Source: an uncultured Elusimicrobia bacterium
Lineage (GTDB): Bacteria > Elusimicrobiota > Elusimicrobia > Elusimicrobiales > UBA9959
NCBI GenBank assembly: GCA_903879915.1
Contig: CAIRNJ010000043.1
Span: forward strand, 15 to 64,014
Length of the DNA stretch: 64,000 nt
Direction: 5' to 3'
A program made the position numbers and the translations under genes. Of the stretch, positions 8,061-24,900 are shown in pieces. Numbering within the stretch: the stretch's first letter is position 1; each line of letters begins with the position of its first letter. A model generated the notes under the pieces. It ran no database searches and had not been told where the DNA came from. It saw only the letters and a list, made by a program, of their open reading frames with translations.

Positions 8061-9563
8061 TCAGTGCCGGAAGTGGCGGATGCCCGCGAACAGCATGGCC
8101 GCGTTCTTCGAATCGCAGAGCTCGGCGCAGTCCGCGTCGTCCTGCCAGCCGCCCGGCTGTATCACCGCGGTCACACCGGCGGCCAGCGCGGCCTGCAGCG
8201 TCTTGAGCGGCAGCGCGGCGTCGGCGGCCATCACCAGCGGCCCGGGGCCGGGCAGGATGGTGCGCTTGTCGCGCAGTTTCCAGACCGCGCCGCGCACGGC
8301 GTCGTAGGTGGAGCTTTCGGCCGCGCTCACGGCGGAAACTGCGCCGCCCTCGGCCATCACCACGGCGTAGGTCTTCGCGTATTTCACGGCCTTCCAGGCC
8401 AGCCTTAGGGAACGCAGTTCCGCGTCCGAGGGCTTGCGGCGGGTGACGCAGGCCGGCTCGGCGGAGAACAGCGTATTGTCCTTGGCCTCTATCAGCAGGC
8501 CGCCGGCCACGGACCGTATCTCCACCTCGTGCGGCGACAGCACCGGCGCCGCCAGCGCCAACACGTGCAGCCCATCCTTCGCCCGCAGCAGTTTAAGGGC
8601 TTCGGGGCTGAAACCGGGCGCCACTACGCTTTCGATGAACGCGCCGGCAAGCTGCCGGGCGGTCTCGGCGTCGAGCTGCCGGTTGAAAGCGGCCGTCCCC
8701 CCCACCGCTCCGGCGGGGTCGGCCTTGAGCGCCCCGCGCAGACATTCCGCCTGCGTGCCGGCCGCGCACAGGCCGGTGGGCCGGTCGTGCTTCGAGATGA
8801 CGCAGACGGCCTCTGCAAATTCCATCGCCAGCTCGAAAGCCGTGTCCAGGTCGAGATAATGGTTCAGGTTCAGCTCGCCGCCGGAAAGTATTTTAGCGGC
8901 GTTAAGACCGCGCGGGCGGGCGCCGCTGAGAGCGTAGAACGCGGCCTTCTGGTGGCGGTTCTCGCCGTAAGCCAGGTCGGTCACCTTCTTAAGGCTCAGC
9001 ACCACCTCGTCGTTGAGCAGGTTCCCGGGCTCCGCGAGATACTGCGCCACGGTGGCGTCGTAGGCCGCCAGGCACTGCCAGGCGCGCGCCGCCAGCTGCT
9101 TCTTTATTTCGGGCTCAAGGCCGCCCGCTTCCTTCAAGGCGCGCAGCACAGGGCCGTAATCCACGGGGCTGGAGACGGTTATAACTTTATCGAAATCGCG
9201 GGCGGCGGCCCGGAGCACGGCCGAATTGGACTGGTCGAGATAGCTGGCGAGCTCCTCGATGGCGAATTCTTCCTGCCCCACGATATTGGCGATGGGGTAG
9301 AGGTTGGCCGCCACCACGTAAAAGGCCGGCAGCTCCACGCCGTTCTCTGAAACGCAGGGAAAGCGCCCGGACAGCGCCCTGAGCACGGCCGCGGGCACCG
9401 GCGGCGTATAGCGCACCTCTTCGGCCTCGATACCGGCCTCGGCCAGCAGCTTGAAGGTGGAGCCCGAAGCGTAGATCTCGAAGCCCAGTTCCTCCAGCCC
9501 CCGGGCGAAGTCCTCGAGGCCGGTCTTGTCGTAAACGCTAAGGTAAGCTGTCTTGTCGGGCAT
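8061..9563 (-). CDS. purH: PurH-like protein (AICAR transformylase/IMP cyclohydrolase), divergent
   Basis: SVYDKTG, NLYP, YGEN.HQ, KH, IQPGG and the terminal G.RHFRH are present. Several catalytic motifs are altered. Confidence 0.8.
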   Translation of the reverse strand: MPDKTAYLSVYDKTGLEDFARGLEELGFEIYASGSTFKLLAEAGIEAEEVRYTPPVPAAVLRALSGRFPCVSENGVELPAFYVVAANLYPIANIVGQEEFAIEELASYLDQSNSAVLRAAARDFDKVITVSSPVDYGPVLRALKEAGGLEPEIKKQLAARAWQCLAAYDATVAQYLAEPGNLLNDEVVLSLKKVTDLAYGENRHQKAAFYALSGARPRGLNAAKILSGGELNLNHYLDLDTAFELAMEFAEAVCVISKHDRPTGLCAAGTQAECLRGALKADPAGAVGGTAAFNRQLDAETARQLAGAFIESVVAPGFSPEALKLLRAKDGLHVLALAAPVLSPHEVEIRSVAGGLLIEAKDNTLFSAEPACVTRRKPSDAELRSLRLAWKAVKYAKTYAVVMAEGGAVSAVSAAESSTYDAVRGAVWKLRDKRTILPGPGPLVMAADAALPLKTLQAALAAGVTAVIQPGGWQDDADCAELCDSKNAAMLFAGIRHFRH

Positions 9564-9585
9564 GTTCGTTGCGCTGTCCGGCCGC

Positions 9586-12017
<2,432 letters not shown>

Positions 12018-12090
12018 AAAGACCTTGCATATATATTACTAAATTTATAAGCGCGAAGGACGGCCCGCGCGCCCGGGCTCGCTTATTCGT

Positions 12091-12119
12091 TTGCCATCCG
12101 ATATATTCTTTGATACACT
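12091..12119 (+). promoter_or_regulatory. Sigma70-type promoter of the SPFH gene
   Basis: TTGCCA-17 nt-TACACT, with TGn immediately before the -10. Confidence 0.65.
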
Positions 12120-12156
12120 TTAGACTGGCGGGAATCTAACGTTCACGGAGGTCAAA

Positions 12157-12906
12157 ATGTTCACAACACCCCTGATAATAATAATAGTGGTGATCCTGTT
12201 TTCCAGCATAAAGGTGCTGAACGAGTACGAGCGCGGCGTAACGCTGACGCTCGGCCGCTTCACCGGCGTAAAAGGCCCCGGGCTTATTTTCCTGATCCCC
12301 GGCGTGCAGCAGATGTTCCGCATGAGCACCCGCGTGGTGGTGCTCGACGTGCCCCCGCAGGACGTAATCACCCGCGACAACATCTCGGTGAAGGTCAACG
12401 CCGTGATCTATTTCCGCGTGATCGATCCCCAGGCCGCGGTGCTCAACGTCGAGAACTATATGTACGCCACCAGCCAGCTCGCCCAGACCACGCTCAGGAG
12501 CGTGCTCGGCCAGCAGGAGCTCGACGACCTGCTCGCCCAGCGCGACAAGATCAACAAGAACCTGCAGGAGATCCTGGACCTGCACACCGAGCCGTGGGGC
12601 ATTAAGATCTCCAGCGTCGAGGTCAAGAACGTGGACCTGCCGCAGGACATGCAGCGCGCCATCGCCCGCCAGGCCGAAGCCGAGCGCGAACGCCGCGCCA
12701 AGGTCATTCACGCCGAGGGCGAGTTCCAGGCCGCGCAGAAGCTCTCCGACGCCGCGCAGATCATGGCGATGAACCCCACTTCGATCCAGCTCAGGTACCT
12801 GCAGACCCTGACCGAGATCTCCACGGAGAAGAACTCGACGATAATCTTCCCCGTGCCGATGGACCTTATCAAGATGTTCATGGAGAACCGCAAGCCGCAG
12901 GCGTAA
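12157..12906 (+). CDS. SPFH/band 7 (slipin, stomatin-like) protein
   Basis: [41 protein letters not shown] and LRYLQTL. GGAGG RBS. Confidence 0.95.
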   Translation: MFTTPLIIIIVVILFSSIKVLNEYERGVTLTLGRFTGVKGPGLIFLIPGVQQMFRMSTRVVVLDVPPQDVITRDNISVKVNAVIYFRVIDPQAAVLNVENYMYATSQLAQTTLRSVLGQQELDDLLAQRDKINKNLQEILDLHTEPWGIKISSVEVKNVDLPQDMQRAIARQAEAERERRAKVIHAEGEFQAAQKLSDAAQIMAMNPTSIQLRYLQTLTEISTEKNSTIIFPVPMDLIKMFMENRKPQA

Positions 12907-12924
12907 GAGCGCCCGCGGGCAGCG

Positions 12925-12959
12925 AGCCGGTCCGGCCTTAAAACCGGACCGGCTTTTTT
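12925..12959 (+). terminator. Intrinsic terminator
   Basis: agccggtccgg-loop-ccggaccggct followed by TTTTT. Confidence 0.8.
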
Positions 12960-12983
12960 CCCCCGCCCGCAGCGGCCCCGCCT

Positions 12984-14090
12984 ATGCCCGGACTTTACGT
13001 TCACATTCCCTTCTGCAGGCAGAAATGCGGCTACTGCGATTTCGCCTCCACGGCGGAACTGGCCGCGCCGGACGGGAGTTGCCGCGTGGCCGCCTACCTC
13101 GGGGCCCTGGAGGGAGAAGCGCGCGCCTACGCGCGCCTGGCCGGCTCCTTCGACACCCTTTACGTGGGAGGCGGAACCCCCAGCCTGCTGTCGGCCGCCC
13201 AGCTGGAGAAATTTTTCTCGATAATAAATTCCCTGACCGGCCCCGCCGGGAAGCTGGCGGAAGCCACGTTCGAAGCCAACCCCGAGAGCCTGGACGAAGA
13301 GAAAGCCGGCCTGTTCAGGCGCGCCGGCATAAACCGCGTCAGCCTGGGCCTGCAGGCGGCGCAGGACAGGCTGCTGCGCGGCCTGGGGCGCGTGGCCATG
13401 TCGGGCGACTTCGCCCGGGCCTACAAGGTGCTGCGCGCCGCGGGGTTCGAGAACATAAACGCCGACCTTATGTGCGGCCTGCCGGGACAGAGCCTGGTCG
13501 ATTTCACCGAGTCCCTGGACTGGCTGCTGGCCATGCGCCCGGAACACGTCTCGCTGTACGCGCTGGAAGTGCACGAGGGCACGCTTTTCTACAAGCAGGG
13601 AGTGAAAGAGGCGCCTGAAGCCGCCGCGGAAATGTACGAGGCCGCCGCGGCCGCGCTGGAAGCCGCCGGGCTCCTGCGCTACGAGATCTCTAATTTCGCG
13701 CGCGAAGGCCGCCGGTGCCGGCACAACCTGAATTACTGGGAACAGGGCAGTTACCTGGGGCTGGGCCCGGCCGCAGCCTCCTACCTGGACGGCGAGCGCC
13801 GGACCAACACCGGTGACCTGGAAACTTACCTGACCTCGGTAGCGGCGCAGGGGGTCCCGGCGGCCGGGTCCCGCGAAACCCTTACCGGGCGCGCCCGGCT
13901 GGCCGAGAAGATCATGCTGGGGCTGCGCAAAACGGACGGGGTGGAACTCGAAAGTGATATAATTACGGAGTTCAGCGGGGAAATAGACCGGCTGCTCGCC
14001 CAGGGCCTTATAGAGAAGAACGGCCGCACGATAAAGATAAAAAGCAGCCGGCTTTACCTGTCGAACGCCGTTTTCCGCGAGTTCGTGTAA
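12984..14090 (+). CDS. hemW: Radical SAM heme chaperone HemW (HemN-like)
   Basis: HIPFC...CGYCDF, GGGTPS, YEISNF and HNLNYW. Confidence 0.88.
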   Translation: MPGLYVHIPFCRQKCGYCDFASTAELAAPDGSCRVAAYLGALEGEARAYARLAGSFDTLYVGGGTPSLLSAAQLEKFFSIINSLTGPAGKLAEATFEANPESLDEEKAGLFRRAGINRVSLGLQAAQDRLLRGLGRVAMSGDFARAYKVLRAAGFENINADLMCGLPGQSLVDFTESLDWLLAMRPEHVSLYALEVHEGTLFYKQGVKEAPEAAAEMYEAAAAALEAAGLLRYEISNFAREGRRCRHNLNYWEQGSYLGLGPAAASYLDGERRTNTGDLETYLTSVAAQGVPAAGSRETLTGRARLAEKIMLGLRKTDGVELESDIITEFSGEIDRLLAQGLIEKNGRTIKIKSSRLYLSNAVFREFV

Positions 14091-14102
14091 GGAAAGTCAA
14101 AC

Positions 14103-16794
<2,692 letters not shown>

Positions 16795-16805
<11 letters not shown>

Positions 16806-17136
16806 GAAACATATGAACTTCCCATTCGACCTTCGCAGATTCTGGATACGGAAAGACCGGGAGCAGTACCTGCTTTCCGGGGCGATACTTACCGCCATAA
16901 TCTCCTCCTATGTCTCCGCCCACTGGCATTTCATGGACACGGTGGACGTATTGAGGAACATAAAGGTCTCCTCCCAGGGGTCGGACAAACCCCAGATCAA
17001 AAAGATACGCGAAGTGGAGTACATCGCCCCTAAGGTCAAAGGCGGGAACAGGAAATATTACCACATCGACCTGGAGAAGAATCCGGCGATGCCGCAGCTC
17101 GAAGAGACCGAGCCGGGGCCGGCTAAACCTAAATAA
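16795..17136 (+). CDS. Hypothetical small protein with one hydrophobic segment (true start may be the internal MNFPF)
   Basis: Fills the gap between valS and the next ORF with near-abutting stop/start. Host-like codons. Confidence 0.6.
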
Positions 17137-17137
17137 C

Positions 17138-17785
17138 ATGACTACAGGCGTTCGTTCCGCTAAAAAAATATTTTTACTGCCCCTGCTGGCGCTGACCCTG
17201 CCGGTGCTGGCGCAGCTCCCCTCCCTGCACGCCCAGGTGCCGCCGCCGGGGCAGGACGCCGCCTTCGACTATACCCCGGAGAAAGGCGAGCAGATAGAGG
17301 AGCCGGAAAGGCCCACCGTACGGATAAACCTCAACGACGTGGAAGTGATACGCCATCCGCAGATGGGAACTATCTTCATCTCGAAACACCGCTGGCGCAA
17401 CTGGGTGGAAAGGTCGCTGTACCTGATACTGGTGAACATCGCCCTGCTGGTCATACTGGGCTCGCTGCCGAAGAACGACGAGAACAATCTTATCGTTTCT
17501 TATTTCCTCTCGGGGATCAGCTTCATGCTCGCGTTCTGGATCTTCCTGTGCGCGCTGCTGCTTTTTAAATTCAGGTCCTTGACCGGCGTTTACGTGCTGC
17601 CGGTCTCGGCGGCCATGTGCGGGGCCACCTATTACCTGCTGCTGAAAGTGAAACAAGCGGACATCTCGCTGTCGGACCTGAAAGACTCCTTCAGGCAGCA
17701 GAACCGCGCGGGCAGCTCCGACCAGCGCCTGTCCTCGGTGGACGGCTCTCCCGGCGACTGGCCGGAACAGGATTTCCTTAAGTAA
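17138..17785 (+). CDS. Hypothetical membrane protein (signal-like N-terminus plus ~3 TM helices)
   Basis: Hydrophobic segments. Starts 1 nt after the previous stop. Confidence 0.7.
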   Translation: MTTGVRSAKKIFLLPLLALTLPVLAQLPSLHAQVPPPGQDAAFDYTPEKGEQIEEPERPTVRINLNDVEVIRHPQMGTIFISKHRWRNWVERSLYLILVNIALLVILGSLPKNDENNLIVSYFLSGISFMLAFWIFLCALLLFKFRSLTGVYVLPVSAAMCGATYYLLLKVKQADISLSDLKDSFRQQNRAGSSDQRLSSVDGSPGDWPEQDFLK

Positions 17786-17848
17786 TAAGCTGAGGCGCAG
17801 CGCGGCGGGAACAGGAAGCCCCGCCGCTATCCGCATTTTCCGCCGCGG

Positions 17849-18778
17849 TCAGAACCCTATGCGGAAACCGAAACGGTGCACGCTGCCCAGGTCCCCGAAA
17901 GGCAGGAAAGCGTAATCCACGTCCAGGCCGGCCACTTTTACGCCGAAGCCGAGGCTTAGCCCCGCTTCGGAGCCGAGGTTGGCGGTATCGTAGCCGAACT
18001 TATAGCCGCCGCGCAGGGCGAAGCTCGGGCGGACCCAGTATTCCGCGCCCACGGCCGGGTAGATCTTTTCGTCCAGCAGATATTCGCTGACCTCGCCGGC
18101 CACGTTCAGGGCCTTCGAAGCTTTATAGAGCAGGCCGGCCCTCAGACAGACGGGCAGCGGATCGGCCTCCTCCTCGAATTTCATTTTCGTGCCGAAGTTC
18201 TGCAAGGCCAGCGAAAGGTTGATCTTCGGAGTGGCGCGGTAAATGGCCCCGACGTCCGCCGCCAGCGCGACGGCCGATTTATCGTATATCGTCGAGCGGA
18301 CCACTTTCACGGCGAAGCCGCCGTCCAGGCGCGGCAGCGCGCCGGGCATGACGTCCTTAGCCGCGTAAGCCAGCGTAACGGCCATGTCGCTGGAACCGAA
18401 AGTGCCCAGCTCGGGCACGACGCCGGCCGAGTCCGAAAGCCCGCGCCTTTCGATCCCTCCGACCGTAAGGAAAGTCGCCCCGAACCCGAACCGGCGGCCG
18501 CCCGCCGTGCCCGCGTAGGAAAGGTTCCCCATCTTGGCGTCCTGCAGGTAGGTCGAGAAATCCAGCGCGGCGGCCCGCCCGTCGAACTGGGCGAGACCCG
18601 CCGGGTTTATGAAGACCGCGCCGGGATCGTCCGCCTGGGCGCTGAAAGCGCCGGCCATGCTTACCGCGCGCGGGCTCATGGCCACCTTCAGGAAGTTAGC
18701 CGCCGTGGTGCCGGCGCCGGAAGCGTAAGCCCCGGCCGGCAGGGACAGCGCGATAGAAAGAATAAATAGCTTTTTCAT
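17849..18778 (-). CDS. PorV/PorQ-family (FadL-like) outer-membrane protein
   Basis: Signal peptide, then FLK....PRA..MAGAF.A.ADD..A.F.NPAGL. Also D.G..Y, QNFG, G.G......DYAF.PFGDLG..HRF and a terminal Phe. Confidence 0.85.
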   Translation of the reverse strand: MKKLFILSIALSLPAGAYASGAGTTAANFLKVAMSPRAVSMAGAFSAQADDPGAVFINPAGLAQFDGRAAALDFSTYLQDAKMGNLSYAGTAGGRRFGFGATFLTVGGIERRGLSDSAGVVPELGTFGSSDMAVTLAYAAKDVMPGALPRLDGGFAVKVVRSTIYDKSAVALAADVGAIYRATPKINLSLALQNFGTKMKFEEEADPLPVCLRAGLLYKASKALNVAGEVSEYLLDEKIYPAVGAEYWVRPSFALRGGYKFGYDTANLGSEAGLSLGFGVKVAGLDVDYAFLPFGDLGSVHRFGFRIGF

Positions 18779-18819
18779 AAAATACCTCGGCCACTTAACG
18801 CCCGTCGGGCGTACTAGCT

Positions 18820-18880
18820 GAATTCGCCGCCTGGGCGCGGAAGCCGCGCTGAGCGGCTCCGCGTTCCCGCGGCGGAATTC
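18820..18880. promoter_or_regulatory. Long imperfect intergenic hairpin between the giant gene and the porV-like gene
   Basis: gaattcgccgc..gcgcggaagccgc / gcggctccgcg..gcggcggaattc, with no U-tract. Confidence 0.5.
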
Positions 18881-18901
18881 CCCTGCGCTGCACCGGCCTG
18901 A

Positions 18902-21900
18902 CTACTTTATTATCGCCATCTTATGGGCCTTGCTGCCCAGCTGTTTGCCGTCCAGGTAGGTCAGCATGAAGTAGACGCCGGAGGCGCATTTCGCCCCGTT
19001 GTCGTTCCTGCCGTCCCACTCGGAATAATATATCTCCCCTCCGGCCCTGACCCCGTCGGTTATAGTGCGCACCTTCTCGCCGGCCACGTTATAGATGACG
19101 AACTTCATGTTCCCCGACTTCCCGGCGGGCAGGTGATACTTTATCAGCGTGCCGTAGGTGGCGTACGGATTGGCTATCCCGGACGCGCCTCTGTCGGAGC
19201 TCAGCGCCACGCTCTTGCTCTTCAGGTCGAACGGGTTGGGCATGTTGTACACGACGAAGCCCGCGCCCGCATAGGCCACGCCCGTGGGCGGCATGGCCGT
19301 GAACACGGCGAAGCGCCCGCTCTGTGTGGTGCTCGCGGCGGAAGGCACGTAGCGGCCGTTTACGACCGCGCTCATCCCGAGGCGCTTGCGGCCCAGCGGG
19401 GTGTCAATGCCGCCGGTCCCCTCGTGCGCGCCGGTCAGGGCGGCCACATCTACGGACAGCACGCCCAGCACCGGGTCCAGGGTGTAGTCGCCGGGCACCT
19501 CCAGCCAGCCGCCGGTAGCGGCGTCGTACTGGTAGATGCGCAGGTTGCCGTTCTCCGGCGCCTTGTTCTTATCGTAGGTCAGCGTCAGCGTGAACGGCTT
19601 ATTGATCGAGGCGTTCTCGAGCTCCATGTTATAGACCTCGGAAGCCATCAGGTCCTGTATGGCCTGCGCCAGGTTCAGGTCGCCCTTGGCGGTCCTGATG
19701 GTGCGCACAGCGGGCAGCCCGCTGAAGAAGCCGCCCACCAGCCCGTCCGAGGCAGAGGCGCGGTATACCGAGGAGCGGTAGCCCGAAGTACCGCTGGCGG
19801 TGCCGCTGGAGGTAAGCGCGCCGGCGTCCAGCTCGATGCCGGAATAGTCCCCGTTCCCGGGGTCCATCTGCACGTCTCCGCCCTGTATGGCCTCCTCCTG
19901 TATGTACTGCTCGGCCCGGCCCTGGTCGACGGAGCTGTAGATCACGGCCTTCTCCATCGTGTTCGCGCCGTCGCCGGCCGAGACGTACACGGTGTAGTAC
20001 AGCTGCGTGAGCGACTCGGTGAAGCGGCCCAGGTAGGTGTTGTTGGGCCCGGGCATCAGCGCCACGGCCGCGGCGTTGACGGCGTCGTACACCGCGCCCT
20101 CGTTCACCGTACAGACAGGCATGGAGACCAGCTGCTTGGGCGAGATGATGGTGACGTCCACCTGGCCGGCCCCGGCCGGGGACTTGATCACCGTCACTTT
20201 TATCTGCGGCGCCACCTCGCACATGACTATGTCCGGCAGGTAAGTGACGCCTTCCGTCACCGCGTCGCCGGCCACGTCGAGCGTTGCGGGCAGCTTGCCA
20301 GGGTAGAAGGCAGTGACCTTGTAGTTGTGCCCCGGCACCACGCCGGAGAGGTCGTAATCGCCGTCGTCGTTGGTGGTGGCCTCTATCTTGGCCAGGTACT
20401 CCGACGGATGCAGGGTGTTATAGGTCTCGTCGTAGGCCACTACTGTGACCCCCGCCGCCGTGAGCGGCGCCGGGAACTTGCTCAGGTACACCTTGCCCGA
20501 CATGTTCGACTGCGACGGCGTCAGGTAGAAGTCCAGCCGCGCGGAATCGTCGCCGGTCGGGGAACCGGCCAGAGAGGTCTTCTGGCCCGCTTTCACGAAA
20601 CCGTCGCGCGTTACTTCCAGGCGGTAGATGCCCGACGGCAGGCCGCTGAACCTGAAGGAGCCGTCGCCGGCCGTAGTAGTGAACTTCTCCACGGTCCGGT
20701 GCTTCAGGTATACCACGGCGTTGTCCAGGCCGGAGCCGGTCACGGTGCTCTTCACCGTACCGTAAATATCCCCGGTGCGCACGGTCTGCTCGTCGAAGTT
20801 GAACGGATAGCTGCCGTTATACGAGGAGGCGAGCGGCAGGGTTATCTCCTTGGTCACGGGCGGATAGTTGGGGTTGGAGAATACCGCCGTATAGCGCCCG
20901 GCCGCCAGGCCGGACACCATGAACCGGACGGGATGCGCCGCGAAATACGCCCGCACCAGGGCCTTGTCCTTGGTCTGCAGCGCGGCCTCGAAGTCCGCGA
21001 ACTGCGCGCCGCCGGGCAGGCCCGCGGAATACCCGCGCAGGTCGCCGGCCGCGTCATAGACCATCACGGCGGGGATCACCGAGTATATCTCGCTGAAGTT
21101 GGAGAATACGCGGTCCAGGTCGGCGTCGGAATAGATCCGCTCGCCGAGCATGGTCCCCTCCAGCAGCTCCGCGCCGGGCGCGCCGCTCACGCTGACCGGC
21201 AGCGGCTGGGCGTCGGTGCCCAGCCCCGCCGCGCTGGTGGAGCGCTGCACGGAGAAGCCGCGCACCTTGGCTATAAAGGCGGCGAAGTGGTCGTAGCTGG
21301 CGGGACTCCCGGCGGGAGCGTACCGCGCGCCCATCGTCAGGTAGAAGTCGTACTTCCCGATAAGCATCACTTTGGGGTCCCAGGTCTGCGTCGTGGTGCT
21401 GTAGCTGAAGGCGAAAACATCGTCGCCGAACAGCAGTTCGGTGAGCTTCTTCTGGCTCATGGCCACGCCGGATTCCACCGGGATCATACGGTAGGTCCAG
21501 GCCGGGGTAGAGATGACCGGCAGCGTGGAGCCCGAGACCTGCGGCTGCACCACCAGGCCGTCGGCCAGCTTCAGCGTGACCTGCGTGACCTTGCCGGGCA
21601 CTACGGCCACGTTGGACACTGCCGGCGCGGCCCAGCGGAAGCCCAGTCCGTTGGGCTTCATGGTCACGGTGTACAGGCCGGGCGCCAGGTTGGGGAACTC
21701 GAAGGCGCCGTAATCGTCCACGCTCCAGGCCTCGTTCACGTCCACGTTCTGCCCGCGCAGCAGGATGTCCAGGCTGTGGGCCTGCTCCTCAGGCAGGTTC
21801 GCGGCCGGCTTGTAGCTGGAGCCGTCCGGCATTTTTACCACGCCTTTGAGCGAACCGGCCTTCGTCACCACGAAGTTCATCGTAAGCGAAAGCGTGGAGG

Positions 21901-24900
21901 TGGACTTGAAATCAGCCCTGTCGTCGAAGGCGCTGACCTCGGCCCACTCGCTGGCGGTAACGCGGGTGTAGTACACCATGCCCGTGGACAGTTTTATGCT
22001 GTAGGTGGCCACGTTCACGGTATAAGTGCCGCTCAGCACCGCGAAGCCCATGGACCTGTCGGCGCAGATGCCGCTGCACTCCTGCAGCGCCATCACCGTC
22101 ACCGGGGCCACGGTGCTTATCACCAGCGGGTTCACCGCGCTCACGGTGTAGGTGGTCACGAACGTCACTGAACCGCTGAGCGCGGCGTAGTCGTTCTGCT
22201 TCTGGGGCATGATGTTGAAGTTGATATCCCCGTAGCTCTGGCAGGCGCCGCCGGCGGCCGCCAGTTTCCAGTTCCTGCCGGCGGTGCAGCCGGAGTTGGG
22301 CAGCCCTGCGGCGCCGGCGCTGGAGATCACGATGCGCGCGTCGTCGGCGTCTACCGCCGTCAGGTCCTGGTAGTTGCCCTCGTTGAGGTCCAGCCATTTG
22401 CCGAAGAACGCCACGCTCATGCGCAGCTGTCCGTCGGGCAGGCCGTTGAGCGTGGCCGGGCTGAACAGGAACGAGCCGTCGGCGGCCGTTCTGGCCTTGG
22501 CGTCCGTGTACATTCCTTTCCCGTTCTTGTAGGTATCGGACCCGCTGTACCAGCCGTAGTCCCCTACCACCAGCACGTCGGCGTTGGGCACAGGAACGTC
22601 CCTGTAGCGTATCACGCCGCGCAGGGTATAGGTGGCTTCCTGCAGCTGGAATTCGCGGTAGACGGTGGCGCCCGTAGAGACGGAGATCCCCTCGTACAGG
22701 CCGCGGTTATAGCCGGCCTTCTGCGCGGACAGGCTGTATGCCGCCGCGGTGCTTACCACGTTATAGAAAGAGTACTTGCCGTTCACGTCGGTAAGCGTTT
22801 CGTAGACGTTGTAGTCGCAGCTGCCGCTCGCACAGGGCTCCGTGGAATTCCACACCCTTACGCGCGCCGCTTCAAGGGGCGCCAGCGTCCGGGCGTTCCT
22901 TACCACGCCCTCCACCGAAGGCAGCGTAGTGGAAGCGCCCACTTCGAAGCCGCCTGCGGACGAGCCCGTTATGGTGGACATATTGACCACGTACAGGGAA
23001 ACGGCCGGGAAAGCCGCGCCCATAGGAACGCCGCGGGCGAGGCTCCGGCTGGGAATGGTCACGCCCAGCGTGTACGCGCCAGGGGCCGCGGGCGGCACGT
23101 TGCTGACCGTGAAGGTAACACTGCTGGCGCCTACGGCCACCTGCGCTATACCGTATGCCGCCCTCTCGCCGGTCTGCGCGAAGAAGACCTCCGCCATAAC
23201 GTAATCTCCGGCCGTGGCGGAAGTGACCGTCACGGTAAGCGGATAATACGGGGAGGCGGCGGGCCGCGGAGACAGGATATACTGCTTGGTGGCGTCGGCG
23301 TTAAGCTGCACGAAGTAGCTGCCGTAGGGGTCCATCTGCTGGGCCATTATGCCGGGCGCGAAGCCCTGCTTGTCCAGCGCGATGAAGTACTGCTTGCCGG
23401 CGGGCACCTGCGCGGTGTAAACGCCCGACGAGTCGGTCACGCCTCTGCGTATACCGGAGGCGTCGATGCCGCCGGTCTGCGAGTAGGGGACGAGCGACAC
23501 GCCCACACCGGGCAAAGGAGTGGCAACCGCCGCGCTGGAAACCTTCACGGTCAGCACGGGGTTTACGGTCAGGGCGCTGCTCTGCTTGTAGCGGTACAGG
23601 CCGTAGTAGCCGTTGAACTTGCCGCTCACGGAGACGAAGCCCATGGTCCCCACCGCCAGGTCGAAGCCCTCGTCGGAATTTGCGATCGTGCTGTAGGCGT
23701 CGCCCGCGATGGCGCTGGTGTAGAATTCCTGGCTCCACAGTTCGGAACCGGACCTGGAATACTTGCGTATCCAGAGGTTCTTGCCCTGGTTGATGTCGTA
23801 GCGTTCCTGCGAGCCGGTCACATAAACGCTGCCGGTAGTGTCAAGCTCGATGCCGTAGGCGGCGTCGTTGGCGTTGCCGGGGCTGTTGTAGAGCACCGGG
23901 AACGCCCAGTCGGCGGCACTGAGGTCGGCCGAGCTCTTGATCACAATGGCGTCGTTGGCGGTATCTGCGCTGCGCAGTTCGCCCGCTGTATAAACATAAC
24001 CGGAGCTGTCCACTGCCACGTCATAGCCTGCGCCCGCCGCGGCGCCGCCGGTGACGGCGGTACCGAGCTGGCCTAGATCGGACGTGCGGAAATGCCCGGT
24101 CCACAGCTGGGGGCCGTTCACCGACTGATACGCGGAACCGGCCAGGTACAGGTCGGTCCCACGCACGGCTATGCCATAGGCCGCGTCCGGCCCGCTGCCG
24201 CTGCCGGAGAAGTTAGCCGACGAAAGGATGACGCCGGCGGTACTGAGCTTGGCCAGGAAGATATTATCGCCCTGCGCGGAGCCGGTATAGACCGAGCCCG
24301 CGGCGTATACGTTACCTGACGCGTCCAGCGCCACGCCGTAGCCGGTATCGTCCCCGTGGGCGAAGTCGTAAACGGTCTTCCACACCAGGCCGCTGGCGCC
24401 GAACTTCATGACAAAGAGATCCTTGCCGTCGGCAGCCGCGGGACCGCGTTCATAGCCGGTCAGATAGAGATATCCGTCGGCGTCCGCGGCCATCCTGTTG
24501 GCCCTGACGGCGAAGGATTCGCCGGGGGCGTAGTACTTGGTCCAGACCGGGGTGAAAGCGGAGTTGAACTTCTTTATGATCAGGCCGCCGCTGCCGTTCC
24601 AGTCCGTATCGGCCACCATGTAAAGGTTGCCGGAAGCGTCGCGCGCCGCGCCGGGAAACTCTTTCTCCCCGTCGTTGTAGCGCTGCCCGCCGCCCGTAAC
24701 GATCAGCTTGGCCTCGTTCGGATACATGGACATAGCCGAGAAAGCCGAGCCTTCCGCAGGGCGGGCCGAAGCGGCGCGCACGCCCACAGGCGTGAAGGTC
24801 CCGGCCGAAGTCGAAACCCACACCTTGAAGTATTGCGTTACGCTTTCCAGCCCGTAAACCACGCGGGCCACGCTCATGCCTTCGCGTATGTCCGCGTCGG

